A stretch of 64,000 nucleotides of DNA from Candidatus Latescibacterota bacterium (GCA_965243025.1 CBDETY010000003.1:2592001-2656000); one strand, 5' to 3'. Counted from the stretch's first letter, positions 9,668 to 19,056 are shown. Translations and numbers: made by a program. Notes: generated from the letters alone by a model not told the origin.

Positions 9668-10590
9668 CATCCGCCAGCCGCGGCAACTGCCGCCTCCTTT
9701 TCCTGATCGCCTTCTTCGTTCCCGCCACCGCTTTCGCAGACGCGGCGGCGACCTTGCTGATACACCAGGCCCTGGGCAAGGAGCTTTCGGGGCGACGCAG
9801 GGGAAACGTCGAGTTGATGACGTCGGCGTACGACGAAACCCGGTTCGTCGTATACAACGGCGGAGGCCGCATCGATCCGGTGGGCTGGAAGGTCGTGCAC
9901 GAGTCCGCCTCCGAGTACGCCCGGATGCTGGAGGAAGACCTGCGCGCCAGCAAGTACGACATCCAGCGCACCTACCTGCTGGTCAACGTCCTCGAGGGCA
10001 GGGCTTTCGTCGCCGTCGTCGACTCGGGCTCGGTGATCGACCGCGCTACCGGTTCGGCCAGCCAGTACTGGTTCAACGACCTGTGGCTTTTCGAAAAGCG
10101 GGACGAGGAGTGGTTCGCCACCGGTTTCATCCACGACATAGGCGACAGCACCGCAGGCCGCTTCGCCGGCGACGTTGCCGTGGACGCGGGACTGGCCGGG
10201 TTCCTCGAGGAAGAAGCCCAGGGGTGGCGCGACGGCAGCGCCGGATCCCTTGCGGGACTTTACGACGACGGGATCACCGTCGTCGACGCCTACGGCCTGG
10301 TCACCCCGGCCTCCTGGATCGTCGTGTTCAGCGGCGAAAAGGTCTGGAATGAATGGCTCGGCAACCGGCTCGGGCTGACGACCTACGACATCGAGCGCGA
10401 GGTCCTTCACACCAGCATGGGGGGCTCCGGCACCGAGGCGCTCGCCGTCGCCCGCGAAAAGGTCACCGTCGGCCACACCCTGGGGGATGCGACCCACGCG
10501 GCCGACCGCCACGTCCTGTGGACCCTGAGCAAGCGCGGCGGCAGCTGGCGGGTGACCAACCTGTTCTGGCACCTGCGCCGCCCCGACTAG
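9664..10590 (+). CDS. Secreted hypothetical protein with two tandem NTF2/SnoaL-like domains
   Basis: GTGA overlap with the HEAT gene, signal peptide (AFA-DA), two similar halves each ending in W.L/F.KR...W. Confidence 0.6.
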   Translation: MTSASRGNCRLLFLIAFFVPATAFADAAATLLIHQALGKELSGRRRGNVELMTSAYDETRFVVYNGGGRIDPVGWKVVHESASEYARMLEEDLRASKYDIQRTYLLVNVLEGRAFVAVVDSGSVIDRATGSASQYWFNDLWLFEKRDEEWFATGFIHDIGDSTAGRFAGDVAVDAGLAGFLEEEAQGWRDGSAGSLAGLYDDGITVVDAYGLVTPASWIVVFSGEKVWNEWLGNRLGLTTYDIEREVLHTSMGGSGTEALAVAREKVTVGHTLGDATHAADRHVLWTLSKRGGSWRVTNLFWHLRRPD

Positions 10591-10679
10591 TGTCGCGTCC
10601 CGGGAATCCCCTGCAATTTCGGGCGCCGATCCATCCCTTTCGCGGGGGGGCCATCACTGTTCATTCAGGCAGCTGACCC

Positions 10680-12572
10680 GTGGAAAAGCTCGGTTGGCTG
10701 CTGCTCTTCATTCTCGGCTACTGGGCGTACTGCATCTTCTGGGGCTGGAAGGGCGCCCGCCAGGCCCGCACCGCCAGCGACTACTTCATAGCCGGCCGCA
10801 GCATCGGGCTGTGGGTATTCGTCCTCGCCGCCACCGCCACCTCCTTCAGCGGCTGGACCTTCGTCGGCCATCCCGGAACGATCTACGGCGTCGGACTTCC
10901 CTACGCCTTCGCCTCCTTCTACGCGATAACGATACCCCTTACCGGGGTGATCTTTCTCAAGCGCCAGTGGCTGCTCGGAAAACGCTACGGGTACATCACC
11001 CCCGGGGAGATGTTCAGCGACTACTACCGCAGCGACTGGATGCGGGTGCTGACCGTCGTCGTCGCCATGGTTTTCTCGGTGCCGTACCTGGGAATCCAGC
11101 TGCGGGCCTCGGGAATCCTGTTCAAGCGGCTCGTCGAGGGCACCGCCCTCGAAGCCACCGTGATCGGCAACATCGAGGGGGGAGCGATCCTGCTGTCGAT
11201 CGTCGTCTTCCTCTACGTCGCTTCCGGCGGCCTGCGCTCGGTCGCCTACGTCGACTGCGCCCAGTGCATCCTCCTCGCCCTCGGCATAGTCATCCTCGGC
11301 TTCGTCGCCCTCGATCTCGTCGGCGGCTGGGCGAACTTCCAGCGCGGCCTCGGGGGTCTCGCCGGCCAGAGCCGCGACATGGTCGCCATTCCGACGCGGC
11401 CGGGGTCCGATTCCTTTCTCGAACGGGCCGGCACTCTGTTCTGGGACCGTTCCGGGGGTCCCTGGACCGGGCTGATGATCATGACCTACATGTTCGCCCT
11501 GATGGGCATTCAGTCCGCTCCGGCATTCTCGATGTGGGCCTTTTCAAACCGCGACCCCCGGCCCTTTCCCTGGCAGCAGGTGGTCGCCTCCTCCGTCGTC
11601 ATCGGCGCCATCCTCTTCTTCTTCACCGCCTTCCAGGGACTCGGCGGCGCCATCCTCGACCGCGGCATTCTGCCGGGGGTCGAAAAGCTCGGGGTCCCTG
11701 TCAACGACGCGGGAAAACCGATATCCGACTACCTCGTCCCCTACCTCATATCCACCCTTTCGGAGGGCTTCCCATGGCTCGTCGGGCTGCTCGCGGTCTG
11801 CGCCCTCGCCGCCATGCAGTCCACCGGGGCCGCCTACATGTCGACGGCGAGCGGCATCGTCACCCGGGACCTCTACCGCCACTTCCTCAACCGCGAAGCC
11901 TCGCACCGCGCCCAGCTCCTGGTCGGCCGCCTCACCGTCGCCGTCGTCATCACCCTCGCCCTGATCGTCGGGCTCGCCAGCGGCGACCTGCTCGTGCTCC
12001 TGGGCGGGGCCGCGGTCTCGTACGGCTTCCAGATGTGGCCGGCGCTTCTCGGCATCTGCTACATCCGCTTCTTCACTCCGGCCGGGGTGGTCTGCGGCCT
12101 GATCGGGGGTCTGCTCGCCGTCACCTTCACCTACGTGACCGAGCTCGGGGGGCTGATCGGCATCGGGCGCTACCCGCTGACGATTCACAGCGCCGGATGG
12201 GGGATCCTCGTGAACATGGTGCTGACGGTCGGGGTCAGTGCCTTCACGCAACCGAAAACCGCCGTCGAAACCGAGCACCGCGACCGCTATCACCGCTTCA
12301 TCGCCCGGCACGCGGCGCTGCCTCCCGAAAAACGGAAGTGGAGGCTTCCGGTCTGGGGGCTGGTGATCGTCTGGTTCCTGTTCGCCATCGGGCCTTTCGC
12401 CGTTCTCGGCAACCAGGCCGATCCCGCCGAGTGGCTATTCGGCATTCCCACCCTCTGGGTGTGGCAGATCGCATGGTGGATCATCGGCTGCGTCATGATC
12501 TACCTCCTCGCCTTCAAGCTCGAGATGTCCACGGTGCCGGAAGCCGAGATCGAGTCCCTGTCCTCCGACTGA
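10680..12572 (+). CDS. Sodium:solute symporter (SSS) family protein
   Basis: DYFIAGRS, ATSFSGWTFVGHPG, GGLRSVAYVD and AAMQST motifs, many TM helices. Confidence 0.92.
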   Translation: MEKLGWLLLFILGYWAYCIFWGWKGARQARTASDYFIAGRSIGLWVFVLAATATSFSGWTFVGHPGTIYGVGLPYAFASFYAITIPLTGVIFLKRQWLLGKRYGYITPGEMFSDYYRSDWMRVLTVVVAMVFSVPYLGIQLRASGILFKRLVEGTALEATVIGNIEGGAILLSIVVFLYVASGGLRSVAYVDCAQCILLALGIVILGFVALDLVGGWANFQRGLGGLAGQSRDMVAIPTRPGSDSFLERAGTLFWDRSGGPWTGLMIMTYMFALMGIQSAPAFSMWAFSNRDPRPFPWQQVVASSVVIGAILFFFTAFQGLGGAILDRGILPGVEKLGVPVNDAGKPISDYLVPYLISTLSEGFPWLVGLLAVCALAAMQSTGAAYMSTASGIVTRDLYRHFLNREASHRAQLLVGRLTVAVVITLALIVGLASGDLLVLLGGAAVSYGFQMWPALLGICYIRFFTPAGVVCGLIGGLLAVTFTYVTELGGLIGIGRYPLTIHSAGWGILVNMVLTVGVSAFTQPKTAVETEHRDRYHRFIARHAALPPEKRKWRLPVWGLVIVWFLFAIGPFAVLGNQADPAEWLFGIPTLWVWQIAWWIIGCVMIYLLAFKLEMSTVPEAEIESLSSD

Positions 12573-12602
12573 TCACCGACAGTCACTGAACCGGCATGTC
12601 TC

Positions 12603-12680
12603 GGGTGTTTTGGTCATTGATCGGGGCGGGCCGAAAGGGTTGGCTCGACCATTGGACCAATGGTGGTCAGGCACGGGCCG
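12603..12680 (+). ncRNA. Candidate tandem monovalent-cation (nhaA-I/DUF1646-like, Li+/Na+) riboswitch
   Basis: Two consecutive GGGU-[stem-loop]-GGGCCG units (12603-12633 and 12637-12680) in the leader of an NhaC-family gene. Resemblance to the nhaA-I motif is from memory of its consensus. Confidence 0.5.
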
Positions 12681-12741
12681 TTGATCTGCGAACCGGGCAC
12701 TCGCCCGGGAGATTCCCTCTGAATCGACACCGCGAATACCT

Positions 12742-14457
12742 GTGAAAAGCAACGCCCCGAGGAATGCCAGGGGACTGGTTCGTTACGCCGCCGCCCTGCT
12801 CGCCGGCATCGCGGTATCCTGGGCATTGCCGGCTGCCGGGGAACAGGACGGCTGGAGCCTGTTTCCGCCGCTGGTCGCCATTCTCACCGCGGTAGCCACC
12901 GGCAGGCTCGCCCTCGGCCTGGGGACCGCCATCGTCGCCGCCGCCGCCATCAGCATGCCGGATGCGGGGGGATGGACATTTCCCTTCGCCGTTCTCCAGC
13001 GCGCCGCCGTCGATTTCGTATGGGCGCCGCTGCGGGAGTCGTTCCAGCTCTACATACTCGCCTTCACCGCCTCCCTGGTCGGCATGGTCCGGGTGGTCGT
13101 CCTCGCAGGGGGGACCCAGGGAATCGCCGACCTGCTGGCGCGGCGGGCGCAAGGAGCCCGCTCGGCGCGGCTCGCCTCCTTCCTGATGGGGATGGCGATC
13201 TTCTTCGACGACTACGCCAACACCCTCGTGGTGGGCACGACCATGCGCCCGATCTGCGACGGATTCCGGGTGTCGCGGGAGAAACTCGCCTACATCGTCG
13301 ATTCCACCGCCGCCCCGGTGGCCGGCCTGGCCCTGATCAGCACCTGGATCGGGTACGAGGTCGGACTGTTCGAAGGGGTCATGAAGGAGCTGAACACCGG
13401 GATCTCGGGATACGAGCTGTTCTTTCTCGCCCTGCCGTCGCGGTTCTACTGCATCCTTTCGCTGGTCCTGGTCGCCTGTACGGTGCTGATGCGCCGCGAC
13501 TACGGACCCATGCTCACGGCGGAGCGCAGGGCCGCGGCCACCGGTGCCGTTCTGCGGCCGGGGGCGCGGCCGATGACCGGGGAGAGGAGCGACTCCCTGA
13601 AGCCGCCGCAGGGGGTGCGGCCGCACTGGTGGATCGCCGCTTTCCCGGTGGGCCTGGTGGTTTTCGGCGTTCTCGGAGGCATGCAGTGGGACGCCTGGGA
13701 TTCCCCGGCTGTCGAGGCAGCCCGCCGCGGGTTCTTTCCCGCCGACGGCGGCTACTGGATCGCCGTCTTCAGCAATGCCTCCGGGGCCCGGGTGATGTTC
13801 CTCGCATCGATGGCGGGAACCGCCGCGGCGGCGGCGCTCGCCCTGACCCGCCGCTCCCCGGACGGGGTCCGCCCCCTGGGGGCGGCCCGGGTCGCCGCAG
13901 CGTGGATCGGAGGCATCGCCAGCTTCCGGCACGCCCTCGTCGTCCTGCTGCTTGCCTGGGCGATCAAGGAGGCCTGCCAGGCCGTCGGCACCGACGACTA
14001 CCTCGTCTCGGCCCTGGGAACCTCCCTGGCCCCCGGTCTGGTTCCGGTCGCCACCTTCCTGCTGGCGGCCCTCGTAGCCTTTGCGATCGGCACCTCGTGG
14101 ACGACGATGGCGATCCTGCTGCCCTCGGTGCTGCCGCTCGCCTGGGAGCTCGGGGGCATGCCGGTCGCCGTGCTCACCGCAGCCGCGGTGCTCGACGGCG
14201 CCATCTTCGGCGACCACTGCTCTCCCATCAGCGACACCACCCTGCTCTCGAGCATAGCCGCCGCATGCGACCACATGGACCACGTACGCACGCAGATTCC
14301 CTACGCCATGACGGCGATGGTGGCCGCCGCGGCCCTGGGGTACGCCGGTAGCGCGTACCTGTATTCTTCGTGGGTCGGTCTGCTGCTGGGTGGAGCGGGG
14401 CTCTGCGTGGTGGTGCGCCTTGCCGGCAGGGACCCGGAGGCTACCAGCTCGCCGTAG
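12742..14457 (+). CDS. Na+/H+ antiporter NhaC family protein
   Basis: IFFDDYAN, SREKLAYIVDSTAAP, STWIG, GTSWTTM and GDHCSPISDTT signatures. Confidence 0.9.
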   Translation: MKSNAPRNARGLVRYAAALLAGIAVSWALPAAGEQDGWSLFPPLVAILTAVATGRLALGLGTAIVAAAAISMPDAGGWTFPFAVLQRAAVDFVWAPLRESFQLYILAFTASLVGMVRVVVLAGGTQGIADLLARRAQGARSARLASFLMGMAIFFDDYANTLVVGTTMRPICDGFRVSREKLAYIVDSTAAPVAGLALISTWIGYEVGLFEGVMKELNTGISGYELFFLALPSRFYCILSLVLVACTVLMRRDYGPMLTAERRAAATGAVLRPGARPMTGERSDSLKPPQGVRPHWWIAAFPVGLVVFGVLGGMQWDAWDSPAVEAARRGFFPADGGYWIAVFSNASGARVMFLASMAGTAAAAALALTRRSPDGVRPLGAARVAAAWIGGIASFRHALVVLLLAWAIKEACQAVGTDDYLVSALGTSLAPGLVPVATFLLAALVAFAIGTSWTTMAILLPSVLPLAWELGGMPVAVLTAAAVLDGAIFGDHCSPISDTTLLSSIAAACDHMDHVRTQIPYAMTAMVAAAALGYAGSAYLYSSWVGLLLGGAGLCVVVRLAGRDPEATSSP

Positions 14458-14947
14458 TGCGGTCGACGATCTCCTCGATCACCATGTCGATCCCGGCTTC
14501 GACCGCCGGGTCGCGACCGTCTTCGTCCGGAAGAGCCGCGTCGTAGGTCCCCCAGCCCTCCAGGCTCTCGAGGTCGAGCAGCGAACTTTCGTCGCCGGTG
14601 CGCACCAGTTCGGCCTCGATCCAGACGCGAAACCGGTACTGCTCGGTCACTTCCCCGGCGGTGAAGGTGAACGGACGGTCCTCGAGGGCCACCAGCCGCA
14701 GCAGAAGCAGGGCATCGGCGCTCTCCTCGTCGACGACACGCAGGCGGCCGTCGACGGTGAAGGCTTCGCTGATGCGCTCGGTGAGGGTCTCTGCGACCCG
14801 CTCCTCGGCGGTGTCGTTTTCAGCTACCGGAATGGCGACGCTGCGAATGCCGCCGACAAGCCCGGAACTGGTCGAGTAACGGGCGCAGGCGCCCAGGAAG
14901 GCCAGGGCGAAGAAAGGGAAGGCAAGGCTCCCGAAGCAGGACCTCAG
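14441..14947 (-). CDS. lptE: LPS assembly lipoprotein LptE family
   Basis: Lipobox FLGAC followed by IRSVAIPVAENDT, DGRLRVV...ADA and terminal W, typical of FCB-type LptE. No canonical start codon nearby; CTG 14947 used. Confidence 0.75.
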   Translation of the reverse strand: MRSCFGSLAFPFFALAFLGACARYSTSSGLVGGIRSVAIPVAENDTAEERVAETLTERISEAFTVDGRLRVVDEESADALLLLRLVALEDRPFTFTAGEVTEQYRFRVWIEAELVRTGDESSLLDLESLEGWGTYDAALPDEDGRDPAVEAGIDMVIEEIVDRTTASW

Positions 14948-15552
14948 GCTCCGGGTGAAGATCGGGATTCCTCCGCGTCGGCGGCGGTTTCTTCCGGCGC
15001 CGGGGGCTCCCCCTGCCCCGGCTCGGCGGGCGCCTGGTCCGCGGCCTCGGCAGTCGCCGCCGTCGCGTAGGTCTTGGATGGCAGGTCGGGGGCCACCGGC
15101 TGCTCCGGGGAAGGGCCCGCAGCCGGCGGCTGGCGGCTCTCCTCCATCACCAGTCGGGCCCGGTCCCCGACCTCGATCGGGCGAACCTTCGGGCGCCCCG
15201 CCAGACCGGTGGCGCGAACCTGCATGCTGGCGCGGTCGCCGGCGGCGGAACCGTAGGCCCCGAAGGAATGGCGCACCATCATGGTGCTGAGGGTGCCGGA
15301 GGTGTCGATCTCCTGCCTCAGGGGGGAGCGCACCGTGCACATGCGCTCCTGCACGTGCTCGACCACCACGCGCGCCTTGACCACCTCCCAGTTGCCGAGG
15401 CTCTCCCCCGAGTCCGGATCGGCGATCTCCTGCTGTTCGGCGACGATGGCGAACACCATGCCCTCGCTGACTCCGTGTTCGGAGCCGACGTTGAGAACGA
15501 GGGTGGTTTCGTCGGCGACAGCGGCGACCTTGGCTGCGATGTTTTCCGGCAT
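14944..15552 (-). CDS. Hypothetical protein (FlgT C-terminal-like domain plus Pro/Ala-rich tail)
   Basis: LVLNVGSEHGV..GM.F...EIADPDSGESLG motif, low-complexity C-terminus. Confidence 0.6.
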   Translation of the reverse strand: MPENIAAKVAAVADETTLVLNVGSEHGVSEGMVFAIVAEQQEIADPDSGESLGNWEVVKARVVVEHVQERMCTVRSPLRQEIDTSGTLSTMMVRHSFGAYGSAAGDRASMQVRATGLAGRPKVRPIEVGDRARLVMEESRQPPAAGPSPEQPVAPDLPSKTYATAATAEAADQAPAEPGQGEPPAPEETAADAEESRSSPGA

Positions 15553-15592
15553 GATCGGTTCAGTCTGGCGGAACGGTTTTCACAGGTACATG

Positions 15593-15628
15593 AAAAAACC
15601 CGGTCTGCAAAAGCGCAAGCCGGGTTTT
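15593..15628 (-). terminator. Rho-independent terminator after the M23 peptidase gene
   Basis: Minus strand AAAACCCGG-CTTGC...GCAGA-CCGGGTTTTTT hairpin with U-tract, 18 nt past the stop at 15646. Confidence 0.7.
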
Positions 15629-15645
15629 CGTCCTCCTGTCGGCCA

Positions 15646-16683
15646 TTATCCTCCCGCAGCCGCTGCCGACAGCCAGCCTGCGACGCGGTTGTCTTCGGGC
15701 CAGTCGAGGAGAAAATCCTCCGGATCGAGGTACCCCTTCCACCCCCCTGCCTTGATGTTCTGGTAACGCACCGCGTAATGCAGGTGCGGTCCCGTCGAGC
15801 GTCCCGTGCTGCCCATGGTACCGATTGTCTGGCCCCTTTCGACCCATTCCCCTTTCCTGACGAACATCTTGTCGAGGTGGCCGTACTCGGTGCGGAACGT
15901 TCCCGGAAGGATGTAGACCTCACCGGAGTCCGTCTTCATCCTGAGGTCGTGCTTGATTACGATGACGTTTCCGAGCCGGTTGTCCCAGTACGAGTGAATC
16001 ACCTGCCCGTCGGCGGTGGCGATGACTTTCGTGCCCTTGCGCCCTGCGAGGTCCAGACCGAAGTGGCGGGCTTTGCGCCCCGTGAACGGATCGATCCGCG
16101 GACCGAACTTCGACGACTTCCACGCCAGATCTCGCGGAACCGGGGAGATCGTCGGCAAGGCGCGGCGCCCCTCCTCGCTGAGCCGGTAGTTCCTGAGGAT
16201 CTGGTCGTAGCTGACTTCCTGGAAGCTCGCCTCCATCCGCAAACGGAAGATGCGGCCCTTGATATCCTCGACGAGGGACCGTTTGCGCGCCGGCAGGAAA
16301 GCGTACTCCTCGGGCAGCTCTTCCGTGTACTCGCTCAACCCGCCGATACCCCCCAGCCTCGCGTCCTCGGTGTCGAGCTCCATGTTGTGCAGGGCGCGGA
16401 GCCGGTAGTCGTTCTGCGCCAGCTCCGTCATCACCTCTTCGAGACCGGTGAGCTCCCTGCTCGTCTGCTGCAGGGAATTGGCGAGCTGCAGGTTTTCGTA
16501 GCGCAGATCGGCGATGGTGGCCGACTGATCGGCGCGCAGGAAGTACCCGGATGCGTAGTAGCCGACGGCACAGCAGATCAGCGCCAGTCCCACCGCTCCG
16601 AAAATGGGCGAGGAAATCCTGATCTCCTTCACATTCCCGTCTCTGGGTGGAATTACGATGAATGTGTATTGCTTGCGGGGCAT
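15646..16683 (-). CDS. M23 family metallopeptidase (membrane-anchored, coiled coil)
   Basis: FGPRIDPFTG, HFGLD, YGHL and GSTGRSTGPHLHY motifs, N-terminal TM helix. Confidence 0.92.
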   Translation of the reverse strand: MPRKQYTFIVIPPRDGNVKEIRISSPIFGAVGLALICCAVGYYASGYFLRADQSATIADLRYENLQLANSLQQTSRELTGLEEVMTELAQNDYRLRALHNMELDTEDARLGGIGGLSEYTEELPEEYAFLPARKRSLVEDIKGRIFRLRMEASFQEVSYDQILRNYRLSEEGRRALPTISPVPRDLAWKSSKFGPRIDPFTGRKARHFGLDLAGRKGTKVIATADGQVIHSYWDNRLGNVIVIKHDLRMKTDSGEVYILPGTFRTEYGHLDKMFVRKGEWVERGQTIGTMGSTGRSTGPHLHYAVRYQNIKAGGWKGYLDPEDFLLDWPEDNRVAGWLSAAAAGG

Positions 16684-16885
16684 ACCTCGCTCAGGGTTCG
16701 GGGCAGGCACTCGAATTGTATGTCGACGGGGTGAGGATGGCGGGTGAAGCGAGGACGGAGATGGCAGTGCGTCTGGGCGTCAAGGTGCAATCGGACCGAC
16801 AGTTTCTCACACGCTGAATCGGGAATCTTCGTGCGCGGAACCAGCGCACTCTTCAGTACTGCAACCTGTTTGTAACAGAGACCCC

Positions 16886-16914
16886 AAGGTAGCCACGGTC
16901 TCCCGGAATGTCAA
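16886..16914 (-). promoter_or_regulatory. Sigma70-type promoter for the M23 gene
   Basis: Minus strand TTGACA-17 nt-TACCTT. The -10 is bracketed by the inverted repeat GAGACC (16878-16883)/GGTCTC (16897-16902). Confidence 0.65.
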
Positions 16915-17110
16915 TCACCCGCCCGCCCCCGGTATTGTCCCGGGAGACTCCTGCCCCAGCCCTCGCATTTCAGACAACAACAGCCCGGTTTCCGCCCCGG
17001 TCCGGTTGTCCTGCTAAGGTTCCCCACCCGATCCACCCAATCCCCCCGCCGCCCGCGTTGCGGCCCGGATGCGCCCTGTATACCTTTGTCGCAAGTGTTG
17101 TAAGTGCCGG

Positions 17111-17116
17111 TATAAT
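17111..17116 (+). promoter_or_regulatory. Putative -10 element for the S41 peptidase gene
   Basis: Perfect TATAAT 20 nt upstream of ATG 17137 in high-GC DNA, purine-rich RBS (AAGGGGACAGG). -35 is weak. Confidence 0.45.
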
Positions 17117-17136
17117 CTGAATTAAGGGGACAGGTA

Positions 17137-19056
17137 ATGGCATTCCGTACGGGGGTGGTCGGTGCCTTCGCAACTCACCTGCTGCTGGCTGGACTCGCCT
17201 TCGCAGAGGGACGGGAAACCAGGGTTGAAGACGAGGTGCGGGATTACCTGCTCCCCGTGGTGAAGCACTTGATGAAGTTCTACATCGACGAGGTTCCGCC
17301 CGATTCGCTGATGCGCGCAGGGGTCGACGGCCTCTTCCGCGCTCTCGATCCGGGGTCGGACTTCACGTGGTCCGGAGAGGGCGGCAGCTGGCCGGAAAAC
17401 TTCACCCGTCTCGAGAGGATCGTGCACCACCTCGACCGCAAGGCGTTCTACTCGGTCGGCGCCGACACCCTGGTCCGCTTCGGCATCGCGGGAATGATGT
17501 CGATGCTCGATCCGGACACGGTCTTCATGGAAAAGATGAACCTCGACAACTTCCGCATCGACGTTCAGGGAGAATACGGAGGGCTAGGGTTCCGCATCCA
17601 GGTGATCCGCCCGGACAGCGCCATCGCCATCGCCTCCCTGCTGCACGAGAAAACCCCTGCCGCCCTGGCCGGAGTCCGGTCGGGGGACATCATCATCGCC
17701 ATCGACGACAGCGCCACCACGCACATGTCGGCGAGCGACGCGGCGAGCCTCATGCGAGGCATGGCCGACACCCCGGTGACCCTGACCCTGCTCCGGGCAG
17801 GGGTGGATGAGCCCCTGGAGATCACCATCACCCGCAAGAAAGTCCACATCGACGGGGTCTCCTACTCCACGATGTTCCCGGACTCCACCGGATACATCCG
17901 GTTGCTCAAGTTCCAGCACAACTCCGCCAGCGAGGTCGACTCCGCCCTGGCCGGCCTCATCGACCAGGGGATGAAGCGCCTGATACTCGACCTGCGCAGC
18001 AACAGCGGCGGGTTCCTCCACGAAGCGGTGCGCGTCGCCGACCTGTTTCTCCCGAAGGATCAACTCGTGGTCTACACCGCCGGACGCGCCTTCGAGGATA
18101 CCGCGAAGTACTTCACGAGGAAGGTCCCCAGGTTCGGCGAAGGGCCCCTGCTGCTGATGGTCGACCGCGGCTCGGCCAGCGCTTCCGAGATCGTCTCGGG
18201 GGCCATGCAGGACTGGGACCGCGGCCTCGTTCTGGGCCAACCGACGGTGGGCAAGGGTTCGGTGCAGAAAACCACCTCCATCGGTGAAAACGCGGAGCTC
18301 AAGCTTACGGTTGCGGCTTATTTCATCCCCAGCGGGCGCTCGATCGACAAGCGCATGCGCAAGGATTCCACCCTGGTGGCCCTGTCGGACCAGGAGTTCA
18401 GGACGCGGCGCCGGGGACGCATCGTGCACGGGGCTGGAGGGATCACCCCCGACATACCCGCGGCTGGTCGCAAACGCACCCCGCTTTTTGCTCAGCTGGA
18501 GGGCTATTGGACCGCGGACAGCAAGTTCTTCCGCTTCGCCCGCGAGTACCCCGTAAACCACCCGGAACTGACCCGGGAGTTCGTCGCAGAAGACCCGGTC
18601 CTCGAGGAGTTCCGGGAGTACCTGGAGGAAGGTGAGTTCTCCTATGTCAGCGATCTCGAGAGCCGGCTGCTGCAGCTCGAGGAGGCGGTCGAGGAAGAAG
18701 GTGAACAGGAAAGGCTCGAGAAGCCCCTGGGCAGGCTGAAAAAGGGGATCGACGACATCGAGGAGAAGCACTGGAAGGCCGACGCCGAACTGATCAAGTG
18801 GAAATTGACCTTCGACATCCTCGAAAAGGCATTCGGGATGAAGGGGGCCTATGCCTACGATGTAGCCGTAGACCCACAGGTCCGGATGGCCAGGGAAATC
18901 ATCGCAGATCCGGAGGGTTACGAGAGCTATTTCAGGCGGATCGAGGTCGGCCTGGCCGATGAGGAGGCGATCGCCGCGGCCCCGGATTCGTCAGGACTGG
19001 AAGCGAGGCTGGGGGTGGACCTCGGGGTGCTTGAAGACCCGGTCTCGGAATTCTGA
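17137..19056 (+). CDS. ctpA: Carboxy-terminal processing protease (S41A, PDZ domain)
   Basis: GGLG PDZ loop, LILDLRSNSGG, SASASEI, GKGSVQ and GGITPDI. Confidence 0.92.
   Translation: MAFRTGVVGAFATHLLLAGLAFAEGRETRVEDEVRDYLLPVVKHLMKFYIDEVPPDSLMRAGVDGLFRALDPGSDFTWSGEGGSWPENFTRLERIVHHLDRKAFYSVGADTLVRFGIAGMMSMLDPDTVFMEKMNLDNFRIDVQGEYGGLGFRIQVIRPDSAIAIASLLHEKTPAALAGVRSGDIIIAIDDSATTHMSASDAASLMRGMADTPVTLTLLRAGVDEPLEITITRKKVHIDGVSYSTMFPDSTGYIRLLKFQHNSASEVDSALAGLIDQGMKRLILDLRSNSGGFLHEAVRVADLFLPKDQLVVYTAGRAFEDTAKYFTRKVPRFGEGPLLLMVDRGSASASEIVSGAMQDWDRGLVLGQPTVGKGSVQKTTSIGENAELKLTVAAYFIPSGRSIDKRMRKDSTLVALSDQEFRTRRRGRIVHGAGGITPDIPAAGRKRTPLFAQLEGYWTADSKFFRFAREYPVNHPELTREFVAEDPVLEEFREYLEEGEFSYVSDLESRLLQLEEAVEEEGEQERLEKPLGRLKKGIDDIEEKHWKADAELIKWKLTFDILEKAFGMKGAYAYDVAVDPQVRMAREIIADPEGYESYFRRIEVGLADEEAIAAAPDSSGLEARLGVDLGVLEDPVSEF

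Noticed and set aside
16810-16860. CGCTGAATC...GCGGAACCA resembling the 5' part of a c-di-AMP (ydaO) riboswitch
   Set aside because: Wrong strand for the M23 gene, and the downstream conserved elements of the motif are absent.
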